Origin: Fimbriosthenelais zetlandica
Lineage: Eukaryota
Assembly: GCA_977030845.1 (NCBI GenBank)
Contig: OZ365113.1
Location: 25,172,001 to 25,236,000, forward strand
Length of the DNA: 64,000 nt
Direction of reading: 5' to 3'
In this document: one piece after another, positions 35,720 through 49,800 of the stretch
Numbering within the stretch: position 1 is the stretch's first letter
Layout: every line of letters begins with the position of its first letter
Notes under the pieces: generated by a model
Databases searched by the model: none
What the model was told of the DNA's origin: nothing
The model's input: only the letters and a program-made list of their open reading frames with translations
Position numbers and translations under genes: made by a program

Positions 35720-38700
35720 CTGCAAAGACAGAAAAATATGGGTGGCTTGAGCATTTGGTATAATTTTTATGATACATTATAACTTGGTATGATTATCACT
35801 AAAACACCAATGTTGAAAATATTACAGAAACATTTTAATTATATTTCAATTCCTTTAAGTGATTAACTTGCAAACATTGTTTGTATAGAATTCCAATGGG
35901 ATGAGTTGATTGGACATCACAAAATCATATATTCAATGAGGGAAAATTAAAAGCATTTTATCAAAAAGAAAATAACACCTAATAGCATTTTAACATCTGA
36001 GTCACATCAGATGAACTGTCTTTCGATTGACACTCTCCCAGTTTGACACTCTCCCAGTTTCACAATGGCCCATGTTTTTACCTCGTGCGACTATTCCCAA
36101 ATGTTTCCCTCAAATTATCCTTCATCTCCCATGATCGATCGCTACAACAATATTTTTCTATCGGCCACTGTTTTGCAGATTCATATTTGCCAGAATTGAT
36201 TATTCATCTATTGAATTATGCATATTCCATACATGTTTAGAGACAGACGCGGCAGTAGTAGTCGGGATATGGATAGTCATATCCTACCATTGGATATCGA
36301 TGTTGATTAAGGCAAAATATTTCTAATATTGACCTTTGCGGTGACCTCATTTAAAGCGGTGATGAGTAGAAGGATGGGTCACTCGTTTTATAGGCCGGTC
36401 AAGATGGGGGATAGGGTCATTATTAAGGACCGTGAGTAGTGACAATTAGGCAAATGCAGGAGATGTCAGCTACTAATCTGTTGGCAAATGGTGAGGGCTG
36501 GCTTGTAGATCAATGCGGATGCTAATCAATAGACCTGAGGCTGAGTGTAGCATATCTAGTCATGATCAATGTTAAAGTATTGAAAAAATACAGTGATACT
36601 CTCTTCTACAGACGCTATCCCCCAAAAGGAAGAATATATTCATAAGGTCGAGGGGATCAATGCCAACCCCTGTACACTTATTTGAAATGGTTATTTTAGT
36701 TTTGTATTTGATTTGAAATAACAAAAGCTTCAAACTGCCGATGGAAAGTGTCCATGGGATAATCATAAAAGTATAATATGCCAATGATTAATTATCATTT
36801 AATTATAATCTAAATATCGTATTATATATATAATAAAGGTAGAAAGTTTGACTAAAAGTTTTCATTCCTATTCAGCAACTGATTTCCCCAAAACATTGGT
36901 CTTCAAGGAGGACATCCTTATTCGCCAACATAAGATTCCATATTGCATGGCGACCTTGTGACTGGACCAATGACTGTCAGTGTGGGGGTGGGGGTGGTTG
37001 GGGGGGGGGAGACCAATCATGGTCAGCTTGGGGCAGTATTCATCACGTTAAAGTACAATATGGACCGCCTCTGGCACTACCTGCCCTAATGCTCCAACTA
37101 TTGACGTTTAGACATGGCCAGAATCAGTGTATTTGGCCTGTCGTGTAGTGCGTGTTATGCCCGTCAGGGGTCGCCCTCAGCATCTCCTATATACCTCCCC
37201 CATCATGTTTGCCCAGTCAGTAGTCCCCAGTCCTCCCCCACCACTCCCTCAATAAATCCCCGAGGGCTTCACAGCCCAGCCCGTCCACAACCTATGACAT
37301 CTAATATCACCAAATGGTCATCTCCCCACTGATTTTCTACACCAGTGCATTGTCCATCGCCCTTCATTCCAGGCCCAAGCTTGCCCTGTCACTTCCATTA
37401 ATGTGTGTATGTGGCCCTACTCTCCGCCTCAATCTCCTCTCTCTCTGTCCCCTCCCCATACATTCCATCGGTGACAGTGCCTGATGAAAATGGTCATTTC
37501 TCTCTACTGTTACAAGTTTCTGGTCAGTATGTATGGAAGGAAGCCAGTGGACATGTGGGTGGGGATGGGTGGGGTGGGGGTATTGCTGCTGGAGGTATTA
37601 TCAGAGCTGAAGTAGGGAGGCCTGACAGTGGCATGTCCCCATGCTGACAGCATTGGTCGTCCCCCCCCCCACCCCCATGTCCAGAAGGACCTGACAGACA
37701 CACACTATCTTATTATTCCGGACAAAATCGGAGAAACACTCGTCCAGTGACAAGATGGTGGCGACAGGCAGTGCATATCTTCCATACCCAAATGCTCTCA
37801 CCAATCTCTCTCTCTCTCCATACCACGTGGCCAGCATTTCAAATTAAAAATGACAAATACTAACTTCCCCTTGTACCACGGCAAAACCCTATACTAACCA
37901 GTGTTTTTGTTACGATCTCATAATCTCATACTCATTCATAAATGCATTCCTCGTCACATGATGTGAATGACTTATCTTAAGGCATGTCGTTAATCCATGT
38001 CATCTTCCCATAGGGAATCCATCAGAGTGACAGGATTAATAGTCGATGCCCCCAATGTGAAGGAATGGACAGCCAGATAAGCCGTGTTAATATAATAATG
38101 CATTTCATTACGCATCACAACTCTCTAAAAGCATCAAGCTCCTCGCCAGATTGGCATTTCTATCTCAGGCCCTCCTTGTTTCCTGTCGAGCATTTGACCT
38201 TCTTCTTGACCTTAGCCCGCCCCCTTCTGACCTTGTCATGCATCTTGAGTAGTAGCCACAACCAATGTTTTTACCTTTTGGACATCCATAAAAAATCCCT
38301 GTCTTCTTTACACTATAGAACCTTGCCATATTAATATCAAGTTATTTCCGGTTGGTTAGTTTCTAATAACTACCGGCAGGAGAAAATAACACTAAACATA
38401 AGCACCGCTGACCATTGTTCCCCTTTTTCAGCGCTCTTCATTCTTTCCCGTGATCGGGAGATTATCCCATTTGACCTGGATGCGACCCCCGGGCGCGACC
38501 TTCACAATGGCCTTATCATTGTGTGTCACCCTCCTGATCATGTGATCTGGTCAGCTTGACCTTACTCTAACCTTGAAGACGGACAGTTATCCTCACTGGG
38601 GGCACATCCTTACTTCCGTTCCATCGACTCGAGTTAGGCTCAGAATTTGTATCCAAAAACAACAATCATTCAAAAATGGAATCACATGTGAGCTCAACTC

Positions 38701-41700
38701 ACACCCATGATTCATACGGCATTCATCCACATTGACTTCAGCCATTTTTTTAACCATTGGATAATTATTGATGAGTTCTAAGTGAATTCTGATTAACGAT
38801 GAGCTTTATAGTAGAAAAAACTGGATAAAAATCAGCCGTTGCATTTGGTGGGCGAGCAATGCAATATGGCGAAACATTTAATAATTAATCGCCCGCTAGA
38901 ATGAAATGACAAAATTTCATTTTGCTCAGGGCGATAAATAATGACTGTTATCAACATCTCGGATGGGGGAGATAAACCGGAAGTGCTATAACAGCCACCA
39001 GCGCCACCCAGCGTTCTCCCCCTATAAACAGTAGTGAGATTGAATCAATTTTTCTCGCAGTGACATGATGTAGTAGGCTCGCCCGCAAACCGCCCGCTTT
39101 GAGTATGATTGAACTGATGGGGCAATGAAGGCTGTATTTATTAAATCAGACAGAAAATCATATCAATAACACGTTTGTCAGTGGCGCGCAGTCCACCCCG
39201 CGAGGTGGCGTTAGCGGTAGGGAAAAGAGCATGTGTTGGAATTACAAGCTTTATTCAATCGGGCCGCCATGTTGACAAAATGTTTATTAATAATCCAGCG
39301 GGGCAGCCATCCATCAAATTGCAAGTTCTCCCGCCAGTCCCTCTCCCCCTCCCCGCACCATCATCACATGATGTGGCGGAAAAAATTACACCAGGGCAAT
39401 CGATGTACATTTGTCACTCGCACCGCCGCCTGTTGGCGGTGAGGGAGCGACAGTGGCGACCTCCGCTGTCGTCTCCAGACACCATCTCGCCAATTCGCCC
39501 CCTAGCGCGGATTGTGTCAAGCGAGGCGGCAGTATCGATATGATATATACCCAATTTATCAATAACAAATTGGCCGCTTTGAGGGCGGGACTAGCGGGCT
39601 CTTTCATATTTACCAATCTATTCATTATGAAGTCAAAGCTGCCTGCGAGCTATGGGCTCGTCCATTCATGTGTCCGCTCCCTGCGCGACACTCGCCCAAT
39701 AATATGCCAGCTTCCCGGCGGTCGCTTGAGGAGCGGGAGGTATCAATAAAGCCACCGCGTCCCACAGCGACAAGCCCGAGGCAACGTTATGAAATACTTA
39801 TTAATATTGGCTACGCCGGGCCCGATGCTTTATCATGGGCGGAGGCGGCGACAGGCCAGTGTCAAGCTGCGACATTACTCTTAAATGTCGCGCGGCAAAA
39901 GAGCGATTATCGCTTTTGTGTATAGGGGTTGCAAAGGAGGCCTATGACAGATGCAATGATACGGGTTGATGCAAAGGCATGTGAGGGATGGGGAACGAGG
40001 GGAGGAGGAGGGGTAGGCCTATAGATCCAAGAGAAATACATAAATTCATGCATGCACGGCCGCGGCTGCCTTCGCCGCTCCAGCAGCTCAAGGCATTAGA
40101 TTGCTCATACTGGGAGCTGCTCCTTTAAGAGCAGCATACCCATGAGCATCATGAATCTCACATGCTGCTCATAGCTGCTCAGGAGCACCTCCTCCTTCTC
40201 ACCACTCCCATCTGTGTATGATTCATACGCTTATCAAAACGCCGATGGCCACTTAGGACGATCACTTGGCGTGATGCGAAATTAATTTTCCTGCCGAGGA
40301 AACAGATTGAAAGGGCGAGGGGCGGTTAAATCGCGCCTGCTTTTTTTGAGCCTTTCAGTCTTTTTAAATGTGTATTCAGGAACTTGGCTTGGATTTGCAG
40401 TGGGCCTTGTCACCTCGCAGATTATGACTGTCATGTTTATATTTAGCCTTTAAGACGTTGACATCGATCGCCCCTTTAAGAGAATTTGTTACCGTTCACT
40501 GTGACGTACGTACGTGCGCAGTGAAATTTACGAGGCATAAAATGTGGAAAAATTCATAGAATGTAAATACAGACCACACATGGGGGGTGATTATTTAGAA
40601 TTTTGCTGGGGAAATGACAAATAGACGCGTCCTTATTCCAGTAATAAAATGTCAGAGAAAATGAAATATTGCCTTCTCAGGGAGAAGATTTCAGAGTTAA
40701 AAGCTGGCATATGGTTGGGGCTGGAGTGTCTATACGTTAGCAACAAGGTGGTGTATAGATTTTTTGTCCTCCTGTTGGGATGGTGGTGGTCACCATCACT
40801 GGGCTGTATAATGTGAGCCCTCCCCCCCCCCACCCCCCCCCCCCCTCCCGTGGCGTCCATAATGACCCAAGACGGGTCAATACTGACCAGTGTCGCCACT
40901 ATCAGGTCATGGGAAGATGGCCGATGGAGGGTGTGTCCATTTCCTGACCATAGGCTAGCCATGACCACTGATTAATACAATATTGCTGAGGGCTGTGTGT
41001 ATGATAGGCTCCAAGGAGGAAGACACCATGGCTCTTCCCCATCCTACCCATACAATGGATAATGATGGTCGAAATATCCCCTCCCCACCCCCGCCACTGG
41101 CAAATACTCCATGCCATCTAGTGTTCTGAAGGCCACATCAAAGGCTTTCTATAGTGAGTCAATGGATTTTGGCCTCTGAACACATGGTGGTGCAGAGTAT
41201 AGGCAATGACCAGCTTCTAATGCCAGCATGACTAATAAGGACGTGTAGAAGTATGGTGGTGGACGATGGTAATGTTAGACCCGGTAAGAGAGACGGGGAG
41301 AGGAGGGGGAGGGGGGAGAGGGGGAGAGAGAGAGAAGGGGAGGGAAAGAGAGAGAAAGGGAGGTAGGGAGAAAGAAAGATGCCTAACCTTGTGGGGAAAG
41401 GAGGCAATGGAAGACATAATATGGGATTGGTCAGCATTCGGTATGGCGACTGAATCGCAGTAAAAACGAAATAGCAATGCGCAAGGATCTCTTCCCACTT
41501 CACATCTCCAACCCACCTTATGCCACTGGCACTGCTTTCATAAGTAGCCTTTGAAGAATTCACTTAAATCTAAAGTAATGTCCATTTTTACCCAGGATGA
41601 GCATCATCTAAGATGATGGCATTTTAAAGCATGGGGGGGAATAAGCGAAAGAAAAAGCCCTGGAGGTAGAGACAAGAGTAGTGGTGTCTGAGCCTCAGGG

Positions 41701-43663
41701 CACCCACTCAGTTAAGCCACAGGAGCTTACTGTCCAGTCCAATGTCCATCCCCCCACCCCACCCATCACTACCCAACCCCATCGACAGAAGGAGGTTTAT
41801 TAATGCCCATCTGATAATGAGAACAAGAAGGTCCAGTAGACACATGCACACACCATCTCCTAATCGCCGGGCGCCATGTATTGGTCAGTGATGGTTATTA
41901 ATATGCACCTGTCAAGGTGATTAACTGACTGACTGGATGGCGGATGGGTAGTGGAGAGGGAGACTGGAGTGATGGATGGGTAAATGGATGGGGGTGGGGG
42001 GGGGAACCATGATGGAGAGAGGAGAGAGGCAAGGGAGGGAGACAGATTGGCATCACACACCTGAGCTCAGGTATGGTGATTTTTTTTACTTTTATTTGAT
42101 AAAAAATATTTGAATAAAAACATGAATATGACGCATTGACCTCAGAGCCTTATATGAAAATCACAGGTCGAATCCACAAATGTACTAGACCCAAATTCTC
42201 ACTCGGAGTTTAAAAAAAACCGCCACCGAGCAGGTGGTACATTTCGCTGTCACAAAGAGTAGCTCCTAATTCACTCGGGGGCAAGATCAAGAGCCGATCA
42301 AGGAGACCTTGATTCATTGATATCTTTCTTTTTGTCCAAGCTGAGCTTTCAGACGCGATGTACAACTTTCAAACGTGGAAGCCGTGAGTGAATACAGTCT
42401 GTGTCCGTGCAGCCTTTGTTTATGGCTAGTTTAGAGTCTATATAAGGTATTTGTCTGATTTATATCTAGTGGTTTATTAACAACTGTCACAATTAACCCA
42501 AGAGGACAAGAACCATTGGGTGGAGCCTGTTACTAAAATGTACAAGACCGGATTCAGTGGTGGGGGAGGCAGAGAGGGAGGGTTAAGAGCAAAGAAAGGA
42601 AAGGAAAAAAGTGATTTATTCAGAGTAACCTTTCAGAAACCCAACCAGATAAAGGTCGGGCGTCCGACAGGAAAAGTCATTCTTCGTGGCCGAAATGGGG
42701 CATTTAACATGTTACGATAGCATGTGAGCGTTATCATGACCCGATGATTGACAGAAACAAGGAGCTTATCTTCCCCATCATAAACCTTGGCCTCCTCAAC
42801 GAGCAGCTCAGAAGGGGGAGGAAAAGTCACAAGAGAGGAATTGGACTTGAGACCTTTTCACTCAGATATCGCCACACAAAAAGACCAGCTCACACATACA
42901 TACTTATTACATTTCCTCGACACTCGTCAAATGGTTTCAAACTAAAAGACAAGTTTGCTGACAAGACCATCTGACAGTGACAAATAGACACCAAGCCATA
43001 CTTCTGAAATCCATTTCCTTTTGGACCACCCAAAAAAATGTATCATTGAAACTCAACCCATGGTCTTTACATATTTGGTTGACAGACAAAAGAAATGCTT
43101 TGAGTTCATGATTGAATAAGAACTTTCACATTCAATCTATATCCTCAAATTTGGACTGATAATAAGTTGAAAAGCTCAGCTTTCATTTTCACATAGTATT
43201 TCAAGCTACATTTTCTAAACAGGTCATTTGTATTTGTTGGATAAACAGACAGGTTGAAGGGAGGAATATTGCGTTGGGGGCAGTCCTAGCCTAACCCTGC
43301 TTTCCTATGGATCAACAGTGCTGCCCTTAGCGGTCAAGCCTGCTCAGGAAATCAACAAAGACACAGCAGCATCACGTGACCCGGTCAATTCCTCCGGGGG
43401 AACGCTTGGGTCCAGGTGGCTTATGGGTAAAGATGGGAAATGTGAGGAGGAGGAAAAAGGGGACCACGCCCCCATCACAACCCTTCAACTGTCAAGCACG
43501 AAAATAGGTGCATTTTACACTAATATCCCATCAACCTCAAATACACTGAGCCTGAAGAACTCAGCTTTATTTTCAATATTAAGCTCTAAATTTCATAGTA
43601 TTACATTTATCCATTCACTCATCGGGTAACTAAATCAATTGACTCATTCTATTTCCTATGGAA

Positions 43664-43683
43664 CCCCCCCCCCCCCCCCCCCC
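43664..43683. repeat. Poly-C homopolymer (20 nt)
   Basis: Seen directly. Confidence 0.95.
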
Positions 43684-46676
43684 ACCCCAACACACACAAA
43701 TCTCTATCATTTATCGGCCAGTCCCCACGCCACCGTTCACTTTCCATGATGGCAAAAACATTCCAATCCACTGCGTGGTTACATCTGATATCGTCGAAAG
43801 GAAAGTCAGATAAATTTGATTAGCAATTTTAGCGAACTACCAACGGGAGAGATGGAGTGGGCCTGTGGTTCCCATTCTTGGAAATCTAAATTTCTTTTAT
43901 CGTCTGTCGACAGTTTGACATATCCAGAAAAATAGGATCCAAACAGGATGTGCTTACCAAATCCTTTTAAACATTTTCTTCTGACCGACCCCTTCCCCCT
44001 TGCCCTGCCCATTTTAGATTATAGTATGTTTTATAGTATTTCTTGACGTCATGCCACCACCAAGAAGCTTCAAGAAATATTTCTGGACATGTTGAGAAGC
44101 ATGATCGGGGACGCATCAAATTGATGATTTGATATAGGAAGCATGTTCTATTGTTGGACAGTAGATGGCGTGTTACAGGTGTCAGGCTGGGGATCAAATT
44201 AAACGAGTGGTCACTCAAAACTTGGCCACTCCCGTCCTCCCCACATACAGTGAGAGAAAGTGAGGGAAGGTGACCCTTAGACTGACCAGCGCCAGCTCCA
44301 TATTGTATAGCATCATCTTGGTCAGCGAGCCCCTCGTGTAGAGGGGTCACTAATTAACATGGTCAACCATGATCCGAGGGTCAGCAGGGTCAGTTTTGAC
44401 CACTGCCACATAAACCAACACCCCAACTAATTACGCGGCCAAATTATGGACACCTTAGACCGCCACAATTATATGGCAGGTCGAGCTTAGGATACTAGAA
44501 CCAGCTCGCTATTATCGCTCACAAAACCAACTTTCTCCCAACCAAAAAGTACCATCGGTCCACCAGAATTTTCTTCAATAACATAATGAAAGAATCATAT
44601 CTGAAAAAACCGAAAATAAGTATAAAAAGTATAAAAATGGAGGTATGGGATGACAATATCAACCTTTCTTCAGAGGTGTTTTTCTCCTCGAGTAATTACA
44701 AGGTAGTAGCATCATCTTTGGATGCCCCTTCTCACGGGCACCAAATCTGATTTCTGAGCACAGAAGGCATGGAATCAGACTTGAATGAGCTGCTCATGAG
44801 CTATAGTTTGTCTCAGTGAGCTACTCCTGGCAGCAGGTCAGAGCTGTAGATAGGTTTTGTTTGCAGGCAAACAAGCACTTGGCCATTTGTCATTGGTGCA
44901 GATTGATGTGCCATCTAATTCTCACGACTGACGCTATACATCAAGCACCCACGAGTGGCTATAAACCCACCCTGAACTTATCGTGATATATGTAGGCCTA
45001 ATAGACTGGTGTTCGCTACACCCTCAACTGACTCTTGTCAAAATATTCACCCCAGCGTTTAAAATGTGTTTTTTTCCTGCATGGGCAAAAGGTACCACTA
45101 TAGGGCGATTTCTTTTCCAAGCTCCAGACTTCTTTCTTTGTTCCGAGCATTACAGAAAGGTCTCATGGAATTGCCACGTGTATATAATGTTACAATGTGA
45201 TTTACACTGCTGGTCTGGGCAAGGCTGAGGGAGTGGGAGGCTGGCTGGCTGGTCGGGGGCACACAGAAGGTGATATATCTATGGGGGACTATTTCCCCAG
45301 ACAGAGATCGTCTGTGGAATCTTGATGGATCGAAATGAGGGGGGCTCATTTGAGGCCCTTTTCGGCACGTGGCGGCCATTTTGGTTTCCTATTCACATAC
45401 AGCTGATGGTGTACTATATCATGTCTATTACCACCTGGTCCCTTGCTATTTCCAATGATATCGAGTTAGAGAGGTATGGTATGCAAGGACCATATAATAT
45501 AATAAAGTAATTGTATCTAACAATGGGGATATACCTCATAACTATCTATCAATTATGCACGATATGTAACTGATCCAGTTATGAGCAGAGGAAAGATTGT
45601 GTAATATGTACATGGACTAATGTCCATAGCAATGATGAGGGAGTGAGGAAGAGAGGGAGTGAGATAGATATATAGGGGATAAATGACGATACACTTATGC
45701 ATGCATATTACACATGTAGCGTATTTGGATGTTTTAGATCCATTTAAATCATATTCTAAGCCATTTTATATGGTCCTGACCATCATGGTCCTGACCATGG
45801 TTAGTTACACCATCGCTCACTAGGAGCGCCACCATTCATGGATGATGGTTTTGTATTATTAATTAAAGTTAACTCATATATTTCATAGTGGTGATTCACC
45901 CAATGTAATAATAACATAAGTAAATTGTATTTCACTTAACATTGACCTTTATATGTAACATTATGATTATTCATTATGTATCATGTATTATTTCATCTTA
46001 TGTTCTTTTGTTGAGACACCACAAGCATATGTTGTCTCACCTACAATAAGTAGGGGTCTGTTTTGTGATATTAAAATGTCAAACACTGAACCTTAAACTC
46101 TGTGTGTCTTGTTCATTCAACATCTTAGAACCAGCCACCCACTGATCAAAGTTCTTACTTCTTTGAGTAATACTTAGAAACAATAGTTTCCTCTTACAAC
46201 CTCTGACCAAACCAGTCCTGGGAGACATCTTTGCTATAAATTCCTATACGAACTCGTTACACACACATGCAAACCTGCAACATGACCCAAATGTAGGTTC
46301 TAAACCAGACACACACATAAACACACACAACTACGTGAATATGGTAAATAAAGCATAGGGCCAGCTATATTATTATTACAACCCCTTAGGGCACCTTGTG
46401 TAAGGGAAGGTATTTATCATATTCGTTTAGCTGTGACGTAAGTGTTTAGACACATGGGTTCGGATGGTAGTGAAGGGCACACGGATGGTTGCTACGGTGA
46501 AAATATACAACATATATAATCCGATGTGGATTTTGGCTTCTAGTACAAGTCTCGGGAAATGAATGGGTGAATGGGGTAAGGGGGTTGACTGCAGGAATTG
46601 AACACATAACATGCATGTAAAGGGGCCAAGTCCTTTTGTCCCACACCAAGTGTCATATTTCATTAGGCTAAATTAC

Positions 46677-46886
46677 CTGTATGAGAACGGATGTGAATCT
46701 GGAGACCACTGTCACTCCCGAATACTTTATGACAGAAGCGACACTTGTGCTTGAAGAAGGGATCATCGGCGGCATATTGGGACCTATCAAGCACTGTTCC
46801 CGCTTCCTTCAAAGGCCGACGGATTTCGGGAACTGTCGGCGGCGTAGGCGTAGGCGGCAAGGGACTGGGCGGCGCCGGTATCTTCC
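46677..46886 (-). CDS. sall: Sall internal coding exon (210 bp) encoding the first finger of the first double-finger pair
   Basis: Acceptor ccctttcgttcatAG|GG and donor ACA G|GTAATT, phase 1 to 1. Encodes ...[29 protein letters not shown](G), which joins in frame to [23 protein letters not shown]. Confidence 0.96.
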
Positions 46887-49800
46887 CTATGAACGAAAGG
46901 GAATATAAATTTAATTTAAAACTAAATAGAGAGGAGGGACATAACTATATATGTATATGATAGGGGATTCAAATGATTCTTTCCGGTAATTAATGAATAT
47001 ATATTGACATAATTATGAGTCAATACAAATCAAGAAAGAAGGCATTATCATCTATAATTATAGGCTATATTTTATAATATGTCAAACAAGGGTAAACAAG
47101 AAACGGACTATCAATCGTCAAACGATGTGCTTCATTATGTTTTTAAGGCATGATTGGGAGGCAAATTTATCACCAACATGGCAATGAAGCAGCATCAGAT
47201 GAACCTTCATTCTTGAAGTAGTCAAAGAGCACAACTTGTGTGGAAAATATACAACATTTAATATTTAATATCCACCCGAGAAACTGATACCAAGGGACCA
47301 ACTGACTAACTGAGGGCATGGCTACCAATCCAAGTTGCCGGCTGAGGTTCGTGATCATTGCCGATTTGTGGCGTGTTTTTATATTATTTAAACATTAATT
47401 CATATCAAAATGATCAATCATGATTCACGAGGAGCCGCACGCATCGCGCAGGCGCCGATTCGAAAAGCACTTCCGGTTTGGGTATCCTCGCCAGGGAGGG
47501 AGGAACAAGAGGGAATTTCATGTGCCATAACATCAGTCTATAATCAACAAGGGTCATGAATTAATGTAGAGGCAAACTAGAAGTTGCTTACTTTGATATC
47601 ACTTATTTACAATGCATGTAGTCGGCGGAATCAATTTACTTTCCTTGGGCCAAACACCTGCTGCAAACCTTGGGTTTCATGACCCTATTTGTCTACACAG
47701 ATTAAAGGCACGTCCCTTTTGATTGGCCTAATATCAGATGATTGTTTGCATGGTTACGTGCATCAAATATAAAAAACAATCCGTTAAAATCCGTATATAA
47801 ATCTTGGGGCCTCCATGTTCAGACTTGCAGTTGTTTGAGTGGTAGACTTATGTATAAAATGTATTACATGCATGTTAGGTCATATCCGGCAGGAGCTTGG
47901 TCCGTTAAACCTATGTAAATGTTCATACAGATTCATGTATGCCCATTAACTCGTAGTTTCTGTGAAATCCCATACAAATTTAAGGCAAATAACTAAGAGT
48001 GTTTGCCCACCAAACCCTCCCCAATTAAATGCTTATCATTATTCCTTCAGACATTTTCGCACGGTTCAATGGGAATAAGTTCTTTCCCAATCATCCGATC
48101 ATGGCAAGAATACAAGTTAAGTCACGGGTGAATTTTGAGGAAAGTTTAAGCTTTTCAGACACCTATTGTGGTTTGGTTTTAAGCTTAAAGACCTGAAAGG
48201 AACACAAAAGGTATTGGACAAATATATATCTGGTTGGTCAACGTTACGTAATTTAGTGTCAACATGTGCGTCTCTCAGCGGCTAAAATAAATCATACAAA
48301 TCCCGACATGTGCATATATAGAGGTATTAATACATTCAGGGAATGTCAGTCAGGTCCAATCAAGTTCTTCATGTTAAATAATAGTGTCAGATTCTAACTC
48401 TATCAATATTCATTTATCTTTTAATTGCTCTAAGCCACTACACTTATGTCATCCATGTGTCATCTAGAAATATATTTCATATATAATCCATTCAATGCAA
48501 ACTGTCAAATGTTCTGGGATACGCATCAATTTTGTCATTGTCTTCTAAGTCACTACCCCTCCTCCTCCTTCTTAGACCAGCTCAGCTGGGCCATGCTTTA
48601 CCATTGATAGCCTCAAGCCTTCATAATACATGGGGTTCATTGTTACCGAGGGTGACATGAATGGGGAAGACAAGGCTAGATGGGGAGAGGGGCGGGAGGG
48701 GGCATTCCCACAGGTATGATGAATGAATGTCCAGCCCTGTCACTCATTCAACACTCTCCAGTATGAAGCTTTAATTTCGACCAATCCTCTCATTTAGGGC
48801 TAAACAAGGGTCATAAGGGCTGACCACCCTCATCATAACCCAGGGGAATAGCACCCCCTAGTGGCCAGTACTTGACCCCTGGACCATTACCCCTGCCATC
48901 ATGAAGTCCCTTGTCTTACCCACGCCTGTTGTGTAACACCCCATTCACGCACCAATAGTCCCGCCATTGACCATCACCATATATGACAGCTCACACGCTG
49001 GGTCCTTTTTAAAAGCTTTTCAAATATATATAGCCGAGTAGCATAAGCCCAGGTTTCATTGTGAACCCTTCGGAATCCCATCATAACAAGAATGGGAATT
49101 CCATTTAGGAGGATGCTACGGTCCACTGGTTTTCTATTTGGAGGGGGGGATTCAATGAGAAATCATAGCTTGCTTTGATACAATGCAATGGCTCAATGGC
49201 GGGCTGGAGATAATGGGTGGGAATAGAAATTGACACGTTGTACATAGTGGGCTGAGGTATAGAAGTCTAATCAAACAAGATGGACACAGACACACAGAAT
49301 GGGATGAATCACGTTAAAACAATGAACAGGAAGAGCGGGATATGGATTGTGAGATACCCCCCAACAAATAGGGCAGTACTGCCAACTGAATTACTCTTCA
49401 AATCAGCGCAAAGCAAATAGCTGGCAGAGGGCTATCCGAGTGTTCTGCTATTTAAACTGTTTGCCCAGCTTGAAAGGCCCGCCTAAGATATGAAAATTAC
49501 TAAATACTAGGCAAAGTTTGCACAGGTTTGGATTTTAGAAGATGAAAGGTTGACAATGCTAACAAGCGGGGGGCTATTGGGAGATGGGGAGAAAGGGAGG
49601 AAGGGGGAGGCTTGAGTGCCTTTTATTCCTATAGAGCCTCGAGGGAAAGACATGCAGTGGGAAATCCAAGCAGAAGAACAATGCTTACAGAAATCTTGAG
49701 GGACAGAAAATCGCTGTGATATTTGTCAGGGAAAAAGAGTGCAGCTACTAAATCCATCATATTCGAAAGAAAATGCGTTGTCTTATTCGAGAAGCAAATG

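Noticed and set aside
32078-35763. Several antisense ORFs (up to 170 aa) over the Sall exon
   Set aside because: Expected shadow ORFs opposite a long GC-richer coding exon; low-complexity products.
35720-35777. ORF-track start MYHKNYTK... for the 1236-aa Sall ORF
   Set aside because: This is intron sequence upstream of the splice acceptor; the true frame comes from the 46677-46886 exon.
39885-39947. ATG TCG CGC GGC AAA (MSRGKR), superficially like the Sall NuRD motif MSRRKQ
   Set aside because: It is on the wrong strand, lies inside the intron and stops after 20 codons.
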